A stretch of 64,000 nt of DNA. It comes from Elusimicrobia bacterium GWA2_62_23. Its GTDB lineage: Bacteria > Elusimicrobiota > Elusimicrobia > Elusimicrobiales > UBA9959. The translations under genes and the position numbers were made by a program. Shown in pieces: positions 1 to 9,264 of the stretch; positions within the stretch are counted from its first letter, which is position 1; the number at the start of each line of letters is the position of its first letter. The stretch is taken from positions 2,376 through 66,375 of the forward strand of contig MGTV01000038.1 in NCBI GenBank assembly GCA_001799635.1, in the 5' to 3' direction. The notes below the pieces were generated by a model. The model ran no database searches and was not told where the DNA came from. It saw only the letters and a program-made list of their open reading frames with translations.

Positions 1-828
1 GCCCTGCTCCAGGAGCTTGCGCACGTTGGCCTTCAGCTCCTCCGCGGTCTTCACGCCGGCTTCCTTGAGGAAATTCTCGTCGAGCGGCGGGACCACCTTG
101 CGCTTGATCTCGGTGACGGTGACCTTGAAATGCATTTTCTTGTCGCCGAACGGGGCGTCGAACTCGCGGCTCTCGCCGCGCTTCGCGCCGGTGACGGCGT
201 CGGCCAGGCCCGCGATGGTCTGCGGGCTGGAGAGGTCCACGATCTCGCCCTTCACGGAGCCGTCCTGCACCTGGACGCCGTTCTCGAAGACGTCGTAGTC
301 AACGATCACGAAATGTTCCTTGGAGGCGGCTTCATTCTCTTCGGCGGGCTTGAGGTAGGCGTTGTACTCGCGCACCTGGTCTATGTACTTCTCAACCTCG
401 GAGTCGGTGACCTTGTGGGTCTTGCGTGTGGCGGCGATCTTCTCGTAGCCCTTGGGTTCGACGGTCGGGGAGCATTCGAACTGGATCTCGAAATAGAGGG
501 CCTTGGCTGGCTCGTAGCTGACGTTCTTGAGCAGCGGCGAGACCACCGGGTTCAGCTGGGAGGCCTTGAGGATCTCGGGCAGCGCGGACTTGGCGGCTAT
601 GTCGAGCACCTCGTCCTTGACCATGGAGGGGAACTGGGCCTTTATCATGGCGAGCGGCACTTTGCCGACGCGGAAGCCGGGGAGGCTCACGACGCTCTGC
701 AGACGCACCAGCGCCTCCTGGGAAGCGCCCTCGAGGGCCTTGGCGTCCACGTTGACCGCGAACACGTGCACGCAGCCTTCCTGTTTTATCTTCTTTATTT
801 TGTCGCCGAAACCGAGCGGAATGTTCAT
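1..828 (-). CDS. tig: trigger factor, N-terminal 276 codons (gene continues beyond window start)
   Basis: Absent from the ORF track because it runs off the edge. My reverse-strand translation starts at ATG (comp. 826-828), with GGAGG 4 nt upstream. It reads MNIPLGFGDKIKKIKQEGCVHVFAVNVDAKALEGASQEALVRLQSVVSLPGFRVGKVPLAMIKAQF..., stays open to position 1, and contains the trigger-factor LPGFRxGKVP signature. The + ORF 130..882 is its antisense shadow. Confidence 0.8.
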   Translation of the reverse strand, partial: MNIPLGFGDKIKKIKQEGCVHVFAVNVDAKALEGASQEALVRLQSVVSLPGFRVGKVPLAMIKAQFPSMVKDEVLDIAAKSALPEILKASQLNPVVSPLLKNVSYEPAKALYFEIQFECSPTVEPKGYEKIAATRKTHKVTDSEVEKYIDQVREYNAYLKPAEENEAASKEHFVIVDYDVFENGVQVQDGSVKGEIVDLSSPQTIAGLADAVTGAKRGESREFDAPFGDKKMHFKVTVTEIKRKVVPPLDENFLKEAGVKTAEELKANVRKLLEQG

Positions 829-863
829 TGTGCCTCCACGCAGATGTTTATATTTTATCCGGA

Positions 864-947
864 TGCCGGGACGGGGACTTGAACCCCGACGGGTGTTACC
901 CCACATGGTCCTAAGCCATGCGCGTCTGCCAATTCCGCCATCCCGAC
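864..947 (-). tRNA. tRNA-Leu (anticodon TAG), 84 nt with long variable arm
   Basis: Reverse complement is GTCGGGATGGCGGAATTGGCAGACGCGCATGGCTTAGGACCATGTGGGGTAACACCCGTCGGGGTTCAAGTCCCCGTCCCGGCA. It has a 7-bp acceptor stem, anticodon loop CTTAGGA, a GTTCAAG T-loop and a type-II variable arm. Confidence 0.9.
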
Positions 948-979
948 CCGAATGCCCCCGCGGGCGCCGCAAATAAAAA

Positions 980-1051
980 GGAGTAATGAGTTCTGAGTAT
1001 TCCGGGCAGGTCGCGCCTTCGCCGTTTTACTCGCCGACTACTCATTACTCC
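980..1051. repeat. 12-bp perfect inverted repeat (GGAGTAATGAGT ... ACTCATTACTCC) in the spacer between the two tRNAs
   Basis: Arms at 980-991 and 1040-1051 were read directly from the sequence, separated by a 48-nt interior. The element lies inside the probable tRNA-Lys/tRNA-Leu/tig co-transcript. Confidence 0.6.
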
Positions 1052-1069
1052 GCCGCTGAAAAATCTGTG

Positions 1070-1141
1070 TGGGCCATACGGGATTCGAACCTGTAACCTT
1101 ACGCTTAAGAGGCGTCTGCTCTACCGTTGAGCTAATGGCCC
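1070..1141 (-). tRNA. tRNA-Lys (anticodon CTT), 72 nt
   Basis: Reverse complement is GGGCCATTAGCTCAACGGTAGAGCAGACGCCTCTTAAGCGTAAGGTTACAGGTTCGAATCCCGTATGGCCCA. The acceptor stem is GGGCCAT/ATGGCCC, the anticodon loop is CTCTTAA, and the T-loop is GGTTCGAATCC. Confidence 0.9.
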
Positions 1142-1151
1142 GTCGCTATTT

Positions 1152-1180
1152 ATTATACATAAAAGATAAAAAAAATTCAA
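1152..1180 (-). promoter_or_regulatory. sigma70-type promoter for tRNA-Lys (TTGAAT - 17 nt - TATAAT)
   Basis: The minus strand reads TTGAAT(comp 1175-1180)-tttttttatcttttatg-TATAAT(comp 1152-1157). The tRNA 5-prime end lies 10 nt downstream, in an AT-rich block. Confidence 0.65.
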
Positions 1181-1233
1181 AATACTTTCCTTACTATTCC
1201 CTTGCCGCTCGGAGAATTGCTATCTTGTCATCT

Positions 1234-3273
1234 ATGATGACGAGCAAAACCGCGCTGCTCTGCCTGGCGGCCTTCCTGTCCGCGGCCCCGCTGCGCGCGC
1301 AGGAAGACCTGCGCAAGTTATACTACGACGCCGCCGCCCAGTGGATGGACGGCCGCCCCGAGGACGCCGCCGGCGCCCTCAAGTACGTGGTGTACCGTTC
1401 CTCCGATCAGGCCCTGACCGGGGCGGCCCTGCGCGACCTCGCCGCCCTCCTCGCCGAAGGGGGCAAGAACGCCGAGGCCCTGGCCTACCTGGCCAAGGGC
1501 GAGCTCGCCGAGCCGGAAGATTTCTACCTGCACCTCGAGAAAGGCTGGAACCTGCTTAGCCTGGAGAAGTTCCAGGACGCCAGGGCCGCCTTCGAGAAAG
1601 CCGGCACGCTCACGGCCGACCAGGACCTGGCCAACCAGGCCAGGCTGGGCCAGGCGATGGCGGAAGCCGAACTGGCGGGGCCGGGCGCCGCTATCGACGG
1701 GCTGCGCGGCATCTACACCCGCTATCCTTACCTGCTCTCTCCCGCGGCGCAGCTCATCAGCGAGAACCTCGTGAAGATCAAGAAGCGCCCGCACGCCGTC
1801 AACTTTATAAAGGAAGCCCTTACCTACGATCCGCGCAACATCCAGGCCGAGATCGACCTGGCCCGCCTCTACGAGGACTCGGATTTCTACGTGCCGGCCT
1901 GGCAGACCTACTACACCCTCTCCGACATCGACCCCAAAGAGCCTTTCTTCGCCGAGAAGGAGAAGAAGCTGCGCAAATACGTAAAGGGGAAGATAGATAA
2001 CCTGCTGTACTGGGCCCGCATGGCGTGGCCGTCGCGCAAGGCGCCGGTGCCGCCCGGCCCCGGCCCGGCGGTGCGGGTGGCCCTTTACGCCGACAAGGAA
2101 GGCGTGCCTGCCCTGATCAAGAGTTTCAACTTCATCGCCGCTTCCGATTTCGACCTGGTGGACTCCCGGCTGGGCCGGGTGGTCTCCGGCAAGAGCGGAA
2201 TGCAGTGGTCGGTCGCCTACGACGAGATGAACCGCATCTACGAGGTGCGCGACAGCATGGGGGCCACCGCCCACACCACCAACAACAGCCTGCGCATAGT
2301 GCCCAAGGCTGCCGGCGGCGTGATCCTTATAAAGAACCCGGAATTGCCCGACGCCCACGGGGTGAACAGGGGCGACAAGGAACTGGCCGGAGAGATCAAC
2401 GCCCTGGCCAAGGGAAAGGGTTTCTGGCTCGTCAACGAGACCTCGGTGGAGACCATGGTGGGGCCGGTGACGGCCCAGGTCTCCGACGGGTCCAGGATGG
2501 CGGAACAGCTTAAGGCCGTGGCGGTAACGGCCCGCACGCGCCTCACCCGGCTGGCCCGCATGACCTCGCACGCCAGCATGGACTACCATCTCTGCGATTC
2601 GGCCCACTGCCTGGCCTACGCCGGCCTGCAGGCCGAAAGCGCGGCCGCCGGCGCCGCGGCCCGGGACACCCGCGGCGAAACGCTGATGGCGGGGGACAGC
2701 CTCGCGCCCGCCGACTTCCACCGCGCCTGCGGCGGGATCACGGCCGCCGGCGCCGACGACGGCGCCCGCCCCCTGCCGCGCATGACCCCCTTCAATTTCT
2801 ACGCCCACACGCTCAAATCCCCGCCGGACGGGCTCTACTGCCTGGCCGAGGACAAGACCACCGCCTCCGACGTTTACTGGACGCTGATGCTGCAGCCGCG
2901 CTGGATAGAATCCCGCCTGAACCGGACCGAAAAGATAGGCTACCTCCGCGCGATAGTTCCGCTGGCCAGGGAGCCGGGCGGCAGAGTGAAGGCCGTGCGG
3001 TTCGAGGGCACGGCGGGTTCGGCCGTGGTGCGAGGGAACGAGGCTATAGCCGCCGCGCTCGGTGCGGGAACGCTCCGCTCCGGACTGTTCAGCGTACGCC
3101 CGGTCTTCAGGGGGAAATACCCGGCTTTCTTCATCCTGCGGGGCATAGGCACGGGCGACGGCTCGGGACTCTGCGTGCTCGGCGCGCGGGGCATGGCCAA
3201 GGCGAAGGCGGCCGCGTACAAGGATATCCTCCGCCACTACTTCCCACTATATAAGGTAAGCAAAGGGCGCTAG
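1234..3273 (+). CDS. secreted TPR-repeat / SpoIID-LytB domain protein
   Basis: ORF 1069..3273 overlaps tRNA-Lys at its 5-prime end, so I start at ATG 1234. This gives the signal peptide MMTSKTALLCLAAFLSAAPLRAQ. The N-terminal half is TPR-like. The C-terminal half carries SpoIID-type motifs (HLCDSAHCLAYAG, FHRACGG). Confidence 0.7.
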   Translation: MMTSKTALLCLAAFLSAAPLRAQEDLRKLYYDAAAQWMDGRPEDAAGALKYVVYRSSDQALTGAALRDLAALLAEGGKNAEALAYLAKGELAEPEDFYLHLEKGWNLLSLEKFQDARAAFEKAGTLTADQDLANQARLGQAMAEAELAGPGAAIDGLRGIYTRYPYLLSPAAQLISENLVKIKKRPHAVNFIKEALTYDPRNIQAEIDLARLYEDSDFYVPAWQTYYTLSDIDPKEPFFAEKEKKLRKYVKGKIDNLLYWARMAWPSRKAPVPPGPGPAVRVALYADKEGVPALIKSFNFIAASDFDLVDSRLGRVVSGKSGMQWSVAYDEMNRIYEVRDSMGATAHTTNNSLRIVPKAAGGVILIKNPELPDAHGVNRGDKELAGEINALAKGKGFWLVNETSVETMVGPVTAQVSDGSRMAEQLKAVAVTARTRLTRLARMTSHASMDYHLCDSAHCLAYAGLQAESAAAGAAARDTRGETLMAGDSLAPADFHRACGGITAAGADDGARPLPRMTPFNFYAHTLKSPPDGLYCLAEDKTTASDVYWTLMLQPRWIESRLNRTEKIGYLRAIVPLAREPGGRVKAVRFEGTAGSAVVRGNEAIAAALGAGTLRSGLFSVRPVFRGKYPAFFILRGIGTGDGSGLCVLGARGMAKAKAAAYKDILRHYFPLYKVSKGR

Positions 3274-3276
3274 AAG

Positions 3277-4422
3277 ATGGTAAAGGTCGCTCACCTGATC
3301 ACACGGCTGGACTTCGGCGGCGCCCAGGCCAACACACTTTACACAGTAGCCCGGCTGGACCGCGCCCGCTTCGACGCGCTGATCGTCGCCGGGCCGGGCG
3401 GCATCCTGGACTCCAGGGGCGAGCCGGGCCGCCTGCTGCACGCTTCCCTCCTGAGGCGCGAGATCTCTCCCGTAGGGGACCTGGCCGCCCTGCTGCAGCT
3501 GCGCGCCGTCCTCGCCGGCCTGAAGCCGGTCATCGTACACACCCATTCCTCCAAGGCCGGCATCCTGGGCCGCCTGGCCGCCGCCCTCGCCAAAAGCCCC
3601 GTGGTGGTCCATACTTTCCACGGCTTCGGTTTCCACCCGCTGCAGAACCCGCTCAAGAGGGGTTTCTTCGTCCTGCTGGAGAAGGTCTGCGCGCGCTTCA
3701 GCGACGCGCTGATCTTCGTTTCCAGGGCCAACATGGAGACCGCCAGGGCCGCCGGCATAGGCGACCCCGCAAAGTACCGGCTCATCCGCAGCGGCGTGAA
3801 GCTGGCCGGCTACCCGGCGAAGATAGACCGCGCCGCCGTGCGAGCGCGGCTGGGCCTGGCGCCGGACGACGTGGTGACCCTCAGCATCGGCAACGCCAAG
3901 CCCCAGAAGAACCCCGGCCACTTCCTGGAAGCCGCGGCCAGGATCGCCGCGCGCAGGCCCGGGGCCAGGTTCGTTTTCGTGGGAGGGGGAGAAGAGCTGC
4001 CGGCGTTGCGCGCCGAGGCGGCGGCCCGCGGACTTGAAAAGACCTGCCTGTTCCCCGGCTGGCGCGAGGACACGCCCGAACTGCTGGCGGCCTCGGATAT
4101 TTTCGCGCTGACCTCGCTGTGGGAAGGGCTGCCCCGAAGTTTGGTGGAAGCGCTCAAGACCGGCCTTCCCGCGGTCTGCTACCGCACTGACGGGGTGGCC
4201 GATTTGCTCAAGGACGGCGTGAACGGCTTCTGCGTGCCGCAGGGCGACCTGGACGCGTTCTGCTCCTCGCTCGAGAGCCTCGTGGCAGACACGGCCCTGC
4301 GCGCCCGCCTCGCCGCCGGGGCCGCCGCCGCCGACCTGGCGGAATTCGACATTGATTTCATGGTCAGGCAGCAGGAAGAACTTTACACCGAACTGCTCAG
4401 GCAGAAAGGATACGCCGGATGA
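3277..4422 (+). CDS. glycosyltransferase, GT4 (GT-B fold) family
   Basis: 381 aa. Shows the N-terminal motif HLITRLDFGGAQ, HTHSSKAG, and a C-terminal EGLPRSLVEAL EX7E-type motif. Confidence 0.8.
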   Translation: MVKVAHLITRLDFGGAQANTLYTVARLDRARFDALIVAGPGGILDSRGEPGRLLHASLLRREISPVGDLAALLQLRAVLAGLKPVIVHTHSSKAGILGRLAAALAKSPVVVHTFHGFGFHPLQNPLKRGFFVLLEKVCARFSDALIFVSRANMETARAAGIGDPAKYRLIRSGVKLAGYPAKIDRAAVRARLGLAPDDVVTLSIGNAKPQKNPGHFLEAAARIAARRPGARFVFVGGGEELPALRAEAAARGLEKTCLFPGWREDTPELLAASDIFALTSLWEGLPRSLVEALKTGLPAVCYRTDGVADLLKDGVNGFCVPQGDLDAFCSSLESLVADTALRARLAAGAAAADLAEFDIDFMVRQQEELYTELLRQKGYAG

Positions 4423-5372
4423 AACCTACCGTCTCCGCAGTGATCCCGGTCTTCAACGAGGCCGCCAGCCTCCCCGGCTTTGCCGCCGAACTGGAAGCGG
4501 GCCTGGCCCGCCTCAAGGTTCCGTTCGAGGTGATCTGGGTGGACGACGGCAGCACGGACGGCTCTTTCACCAAGCTCTCGGAACTGGCCGGGCGGCCCGG
4601 CCACAGGGCCCTGCGCCTCGCCAAGAACTACGGCCAGACCGCGGCGCTGGCAGCCGGCATCGCCGAGGCGGCGGGCGACTGGATAGTGACGCTGGACGCC
4701 GACGGGCAGAACGACCCCGAGGACATCCCCCGGCTCTTCGCGGCGGCCGCCGCCGGCACCGACGTGGTGAGCGGCTGGCGCAAGGCGCGCCAGGACGCTT
4801 TCTTCTCCCGCATCCTGCCGTCCAGGGCGGCGAACTTCGTGATATCCGCCGTTACCGGGGTCAAGCTCCACGACTTCGGCTGCACCCTCAAGGTTTACCG
4901 GGCCTCCCTTCTGAAAGCCGCGGACCTCTACGGGGAAATGCACCGTTTCCTCCCGGCGATACTGGCCTACGACGGGGCTTCTGTGTCGGAACTGGAGGTT
5001 AACCACAGGCCGCGTAAGGCCGGAGCCTCCAAATACGGGATAGCCCGCACCTTCAAAGTGGTGCTGGACCTCCTGACGGTAAAGTTCATGGGAGACTTCA
5101 TCACCAAACCCATTTACCTGTTCGGCGGCCTCAGCCTGGCCCTGCTCGCGGCCTCCGCCCTCATGGCCGGTTGGACTCTCTACAACAAGTTCTTCAACGC
5201 CATCTTCGTAAAGGACCAGCCGCTCTTCCTGGTGGCCATCTTCTTCGCCCTCGTGGCGGTGCAGTTCGCCTTCATGGGGCTCATCGCCGAGGTGCTGATC
5301 AGGACCTACCACAGCGCCAACCGCAGGCCCCCCTGGTCGGTGGCGGAACGGAAGGGCGGCCACGCCGCCTGA
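4419..5372 (+). CDS. polyprenyl-phosphate glycosyltransferase, GT2 family (GtrB/ArnC/DPM1-like)
   Basis: 317 aa. Motifs: VSAVIPVFNEA, VDDGSTDGS, TLDADGQNDPEDI, plus two C-terminal TM helices. Its start has a 4-nt overlap with the upstream GT4 gene. Confidence 0.8.
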   Translation: MKPTVSAVIPVFNEAASLPGFAAELEAGLARLKVPFEVIWVDDGSTDGSFTKLSELAGRPGHRALRLAKNYGQTAALAAGIAEAAGDWIVTLDADGQNDPEDIPRLFAAAAAGTDVVSGWRKARQDAFFSRILPSRAANFVISAVTGVKLHDFGCTLKVYRASLLKAADLYGEMHRFLPAILAYDGASVSELEVNHRPRKAGASKYGIARTFKVVLDLLTVKFMGDFITKPIYLFGGLSLALLAASALMAGWTLYNKFFNAIFVKDQPLFLVAIFFALVAVQFAFMGLIAEVLIRTYHSANRRPPWSVAERKGGHAA

Positions 5373-5384
5373 GCCCCGTCTCCG

Positions 5385-5413
5385 TTGACTAACCGCCGCA
5401 TAGTTGATATCTT
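5385..5413 (+). promoter_or_regulatory. putative promoter of yceD-rpmF-plsX operon (TTGACT - 17 nt - TATCTT)
   Basis: TTGACT at 5385-5390, a 17-nt spacer, and TATCTT at 5408-5413, lying 10 nt upstream of the yceD ATG region. Confidence 0.45.
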
Positions 5414-5422
5414 ATTGTTCTT

Positions 5423-5926
5423 ATGCAGGAAAACGATCCCCTTGTTTTCAGGTACGCGGACATAAAGGCCGAAGGCGGGCGCAACGTCAAGCTGGCCCCG
5501 GCCCCGGCCGCCTACGCCGACGTTTTCGACTCCCCGGACACGCTCAAGAAGCTCCGCCTGGAGCTGGATTTCTCCGTCGGGGGGGACTCCATCCTGCTGG
5601 AAGGGCGCATATACGCGGAACTCGAGCTTATCTGCGCCCGCTGCGGCGATCCCCTGGCCCGCGCTTTTGAGGACTCTTTTGACGAGGTGTATCCGGATTC
5701 GCTAGAATATATAGATGCGCGCGAATTAATAAGGGAGACCGTGGCCCTGGTCGCGCCTATAAAGGTCCTGTGTTCGGACGCCTGCAAGGGCCGCTGCCTG
5801 GTCTGCGGCGTCAACCGCAACAGCAAGACCTGCGGATGCAGGACCGACAAGGCCAGCCCGTTCTCGGCCCTGAAAGACCTGGACCTGAAGACCCCGGGAA
5901 AGCCCGGCAAGAAGAATTCGAAGTAA
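5423..5926 (+). CDS. yceD: DUF177/YceD family protein
   Basis: 167 aa with a C-terminal Cys cluster (CARCGD ... CSDACKGRCLVCGVNRNSKTCGC). It sits in the conserved position immediately upstream of rpmF. Confidence 0.75.
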   Translation: MQENDPLVFRYADIKAEGGRNVKLAPAPAAYADVFDSPDTLKKLRLELDFSVGGDSILLEGRIYAELELICARCGDPLARAFEDSFDEVYPDSLEYIDARELIRETVALVAPIKVLCSDACKGRCLVCGVNRNSKTCGCRTDKASPFSALKDLDLKTPGKPGKKNSK

Positions 5927-5943
5927 AACAATGAGGTGCTACT

Positions 5944-6156
5944 ATGCCGAATCCTAAACGTAAACATTCCCCGATGCGCCGTGACAAGCGCCGCGCCCAG
6001 AACTGGAAGCTCGAGGTGAAGTCCCTGTCCTCCTGCGGCCAGTGCGGCGCGCTCCGCCTGCCCCACCGCGTCTGCCCGTCCTGCGGCTCCTACAACGGCA
6101 AGATAGAAGTCGCCCCCAAGGCCGCCAAAGGCGAAGAGGGCAAGGATCAGAAATAA
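5944..6156 (+). CDS. rpmF: 50S ribosomal protein L32
   Basis: 70 aa: MPNPKRKHSPMRRDKRRAQ ... CGQCGALRLPHRVCPSCGSY (zinc-ribbon form). Confidence 0.9.
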   Translation: MPNPKRKHSPMRRDKRRAQNWKLEVKSLSSCGQCGALRLPHRVCPSCGSYNGKIEVAPKAAKGEEGKDQK

Positions 6157-6168
6157 GCCGGGGCAAGC

Positions 6169-7197
6169 ATGCGAATAGCGCTTGACGCCCACGGCGGCGA
6201 CTTCGGCCTGAAGCCCAATATCGAGGGGGCTCTGCTCGCGGCCAAAAAGCTGCGGCATGAGATTATCCTCGTAGGCCGGGACCCCGAGATCCGGGAGGAG
6301 CTGCGCCGCCTCGGCGCGGAAGACCCGGAACGCATCAGCATAGTCCACGCCCCGCAGCTGGTGGAGATGTCGGCCGAGCCGGTGGAAGAGTGCCGCGCCA
6401 AGCCCGACTCCTCGCTGATGGTCGCGGCCGGCCTGGTGCACGAGGGAAAAGCCGACGCGTTCGTTTCGGCGGGTAATTCCGGGGCCATCATGGTGGCCGC
6501 GCTCCTCAAGATGAAGCGTATCCCCGGCGTTATACGCCCCGCCATAGCCGCCCCGCTGCCCACCTACAAGGGCACTTCGGTACTGCTCGACGCGGGCGCC
6601 AACATGGACTGCAAGCCCTGGCACCTGGCCCAGTTCGCGGTCATGGGGTCCGTATACATGAAGTCCCTGTTCCGGATAGAGAACCCCACGGTAGGCCTCC
6701 TCTCCATAGGCGAAGAGGAAACCAAGGGCAATTCTCTGGTGCAGGAAACCCTGCCGCTCATAAAGAACATGGGCGTCAATTTTTACGGCCCGGTGGAAGG
6801 CCGAGATATCCCAGACGGCCTGACCGACGTGGTCGTGGCCGACGGTTTCACCGGCAACGTGGCGCTGAAGCTTTACGAGGGCACGGCCAAGACGGTCTTC
6901 CGGATGCTGAAAGACCAGATCATGGGCAAGTTCACCTACAAGATCGGAGCCATGCTGATGAGCAAGCTTTTCAGGGAAATGAAGACCAAGATGAGCGTGG
7001 ACGTTTACGGCGGCGCCCCGCTGCTGGGCGTGAACGGCGTGGTGATAGTCTGCCACGGCAAGATAACCCCCAACGCGGTCTTCAACGCCCTGCGCGTCAG
7101 CGGCGAACTGGCCGCGGCGGGCATGGTCTCCCATATCCGCAAGCAGATGGAGCAGGTGAAGGACCGCATCGCCGAGGCCAAGGAGGCCGAAGCTTGA
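6169..7197 (+). CDS. plsX: phosphate acyltransferase PlsX
   Basis: 342 aa: MRIALDAHGGD..., SAGNSGA, VVADGFTGNVALK. Canonical rpmF-plsX synteny. Confidence 0.9.
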   Translation: MRIALDAHGGDFGLKPNIEGALLAAKKLRHEIILVGRDPEIREELRRLGAEDPERISIVHAPQLVEMSAEPVEECRAKPDSSLMVAAGLVHEGKADAFVSAGNSGAIMVAALLKMKRIPGVIRPAIAAPLPTYKGTSVLLDAGANMDCKPWHLAQFAVMGSVYMKSLFRIENPTVGLLSIGEEETKGNSLVQETLPLIKNMGVNFYGPVEGRDIPDGLTDVVVADGFTGNVALKLYEGTAKTVFRMLKDQIMGKFTYKIGAMLMSKLFREMKTKMSVDVYGGAPLLGVNGVVIVCHGKITPNAVFNALRVSGELAAAGMVSHIRKQMEQVKDRIAEAKEAEA

Positions 7198-7940
7198 AAC
7201 GCCTCGAGGGGAAAGCCGCCATCGTGACCGGCGCCGCCCGCGGCATAGGCCTGGAAATCGCCATGGCCTTCGCGGCCGAAGGCGCCTCCGTGGCTGTGGC
7301 CGATCTCGACGGGGCCGATTCCACCGCCGCCGCCGAGGCGATAACCGCCAGGACCGGCGCGAAGACCCTGGGCCTGGGGCTGGACGTTTCCAAAGAGGCC
7401 GACTGCGACCGCGCCATCGAGGATACCGCCAAAGCCTTCGGCAAAGTGGACATCCTCGTGAACAACGCCGGCATCACCAAGGACAATCTGGTGCTCCGGA
7501 TGAAGGCGGAGGATTTCGACTCGGTCATCAGCGTGAACCTCAAAGGGTCGTTCCTGATGGCCAAGGCGGCCTCCCGGCTGATGCTCAAAGCCCGGACAGG
7601 GCGCATCATAAACATTTCCTCGGTGGTAGGGCAGAGCGGGCAGGCGGGGCAGGCCAACTATTCGGCCTCCAAGGCCGGCCTGATAGGCCTCACCAAGTCG
7701 CTCGCGCGCGAGTTCGCGCCGCGGCAGGTGCTGGTGAACGCGGTGGCGCCGGGCTTCATCCGCACGCGCATGACCGAGGGCCTCAAGGACGAGGCCAAAG
7801 CCAAGATCTCAGAGATGATACCGCTGGGCCGCATGGGCGAGCCCGGCGAGGTGGCGAAAGCGGCGCTGTTCCTGGCCGGAGAAGATTCCGCCTACATCAC
7901 GGGCCAGGTGCTGGCCGTGAACGGCGGGCTCTACATGTGA
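7194..7940 (+). CDS. fabG: 3-oxoacyl-ACP reductase
   Basis: 248 aa SDR with TGAARGIG, NNAG and YSASKAG motifs. Located between plsX and acpP. Confidence 0.9.
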   Translation: MKRLEGKAAIVTGAARGIGLEIAMAFAAEGASVAVADLDGADSTAAAEAITARTGAKTLGLGLDVSKEADCDRAIEDTAKAFGKVDILVNNAGITKDNLVLRMKAEDFDSVISVNLKGSFLMAKAASRLMLKARTGRIINISSVVGQSGQAGQANYSASKAGLIGLTKSLAREFAPRQVLVNAVAPGFIRTRMTEGLKDEAKAKISEMIPLGRMGEPGEVAKAALFLAGEDSAYITGQVLAVNGGLYM

Positions 7941-7976
7941 TTCAAGCGGATTCAAACTAAGCAGGAGGGTAACGCA

Positions 7977-8231
7977 ATGGCAGTAACCGAAAACCTGGAA
8001 GAAAGAGTGAAGAAGATCATAGTCGAGCAGCTGGCCGTGGACGCGGCCGAAGTCACCCCGCCGGCCCAGTTCGTGCAGGACCTCGGCGCGGACTCGCTCG
8101 ACACCGTCGAGCTGGTCATGGCGCTCGAAGAGGAATTCGACATAGAGATCCCGGACGAGGACGCCGAGAAGATAAAGACCGTCGGCGAAGCCGTCACCTA
8201 CATCAAGGAAAAAGCCGGCAAGAAAGACTGA
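7977..8231 (+). CDS. acpP: acyl carrier protein
   Basis: 84 aa with the phosphopantetheine attachment motif [18 protein letters not shown]. Confidence 0.92.
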   Translation: MAVTENLEERVKKIIVEQLAVDAAEVTPPAQFVQDLGADSLDTVELVMALEEEFDIEIPDEDAEKIKTVGEAVTYIKEKAGKKD

Positions 8232-8250
8232 GTTCCCCCGACGGGACCCC

Positions 8251-8937
8251 ATGTCTTCCCTTGAAGAAGTAATAGGATACAGTTTCAGGGACAAGGAGCT
8301 GCTCTCGGAGGCGCTGACCCACAAGTCGCACGCCACCGAAAGCGGTTCTCCCCGGTACAACGAGCGCCTGGAATTCCTGGGCGACAGCGTGCTGGGCCTG
8401 ATCGTATCCTATTATCTTTTCCTTAAGAACCCCTCGGAGGACGAGGGGTTCCTCTCCAAGACCAAATCGGCCCTTGTCTCAAGGGCCAACCTGGCCAGGT
8501 GGGCGGAGGCGCTCGACCTGGGGCACCGCCTCAACCTGGGCGCCGGCGAGCACCTGAGCGGCGGCACCCGCCGCCATAGCAACCTGGCCAACGCCATGGA
8601 GGCGGTGCTGGGCGCGGTCTACCTCGACGGCGGCCTCGCCCCCGTGGAAAAGATCGTGATCCCCTGGCTGGAGGGGCATACCCCGGCCACGCTGGACATA
8701 GACCACAAGAGCGCGCTGCAGGAACTGATACAGAAAAAGCACAAGCGCCCGCCGGACTACGAACTGACCGGCGAAACCGGGCCCGAGCACAACAAGGTCT
8801 TCACCGTACGCGTTCACCTCGGCAAGAAGACCCTGGGCCTCGGCACAGGCAAGAACAAGAAGGAAGCCCAGCAGGCCGCCGCCCGCAACGCCCTCGACTA
8901 CCTCAGCACCCACGACCTGCCCCAGGGCGGGATCTGA
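8251..8937 (+). CDS. rnc: ribonuclease III
   Basis: 228 aa with the RNase III signature NERLEFLGDSVL and a C-terminal dsRBD (GPEHNKVFTVRV ... KKEAQQAAA). Confidence 0.9.
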   Translation: MSSLEEVIGYSFRDKELLSEALTHKSHATESGSPRYNERLEFLGDSVLGLIVSYYLFLKNPSEDEGFLSKTKSALVSRANLARWAEALDLGHRLNLGAGEHLSGGTRRHSNLANAMEAVLGAVYLDGGLAPVEKIVIPWLEGHTPATLDIDHKSALQELIQKKHKRPPDYELTGETGPEHNKVFTVRVHLGKKTLGLGTGKNKKEAQQAAARNALDYLSTHDLPQGGI

Positions 8938-9264
8938 CCTGCCGGGCCACGGAGAAAAATTCTGCCGGAACGGATCTGTTGCAATACCGAATTCCTCCCT
9001 TACCGTCTGCTGCGCGCGGCCCGGATAGGCGCGCTCAGATTCACCGATCCTGACCGACACGCGGCCATACTCTCGGTCAGAGCGGCAGGCAGGGTAGCTG
9101 CTCTGCTGGCCCGCGGGGCGAACCGCAGCATTCTTGCCTCGGGAGAAGCAGAGGTCTACACCCTGCTGCAACGGGCCCTGAAGGGAAAAAACCGCATCTC
9201 CTCGCATAGCCTCCTGCCGCTGACGGCCGACATCTTTCTGCACACAAAAAAAGTCATCTCAACG

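Noticed and set aside
130-882. 250-aa + strand ORF (and 527..976) at the window start
   Set aside because: It is the antisense shadow of trigger factor. The minus-strand frame gives a clean tig N-terminus with an RBS. The + ORF product is low-complexity Gly/Leu/Val/His-rich and has no start context.
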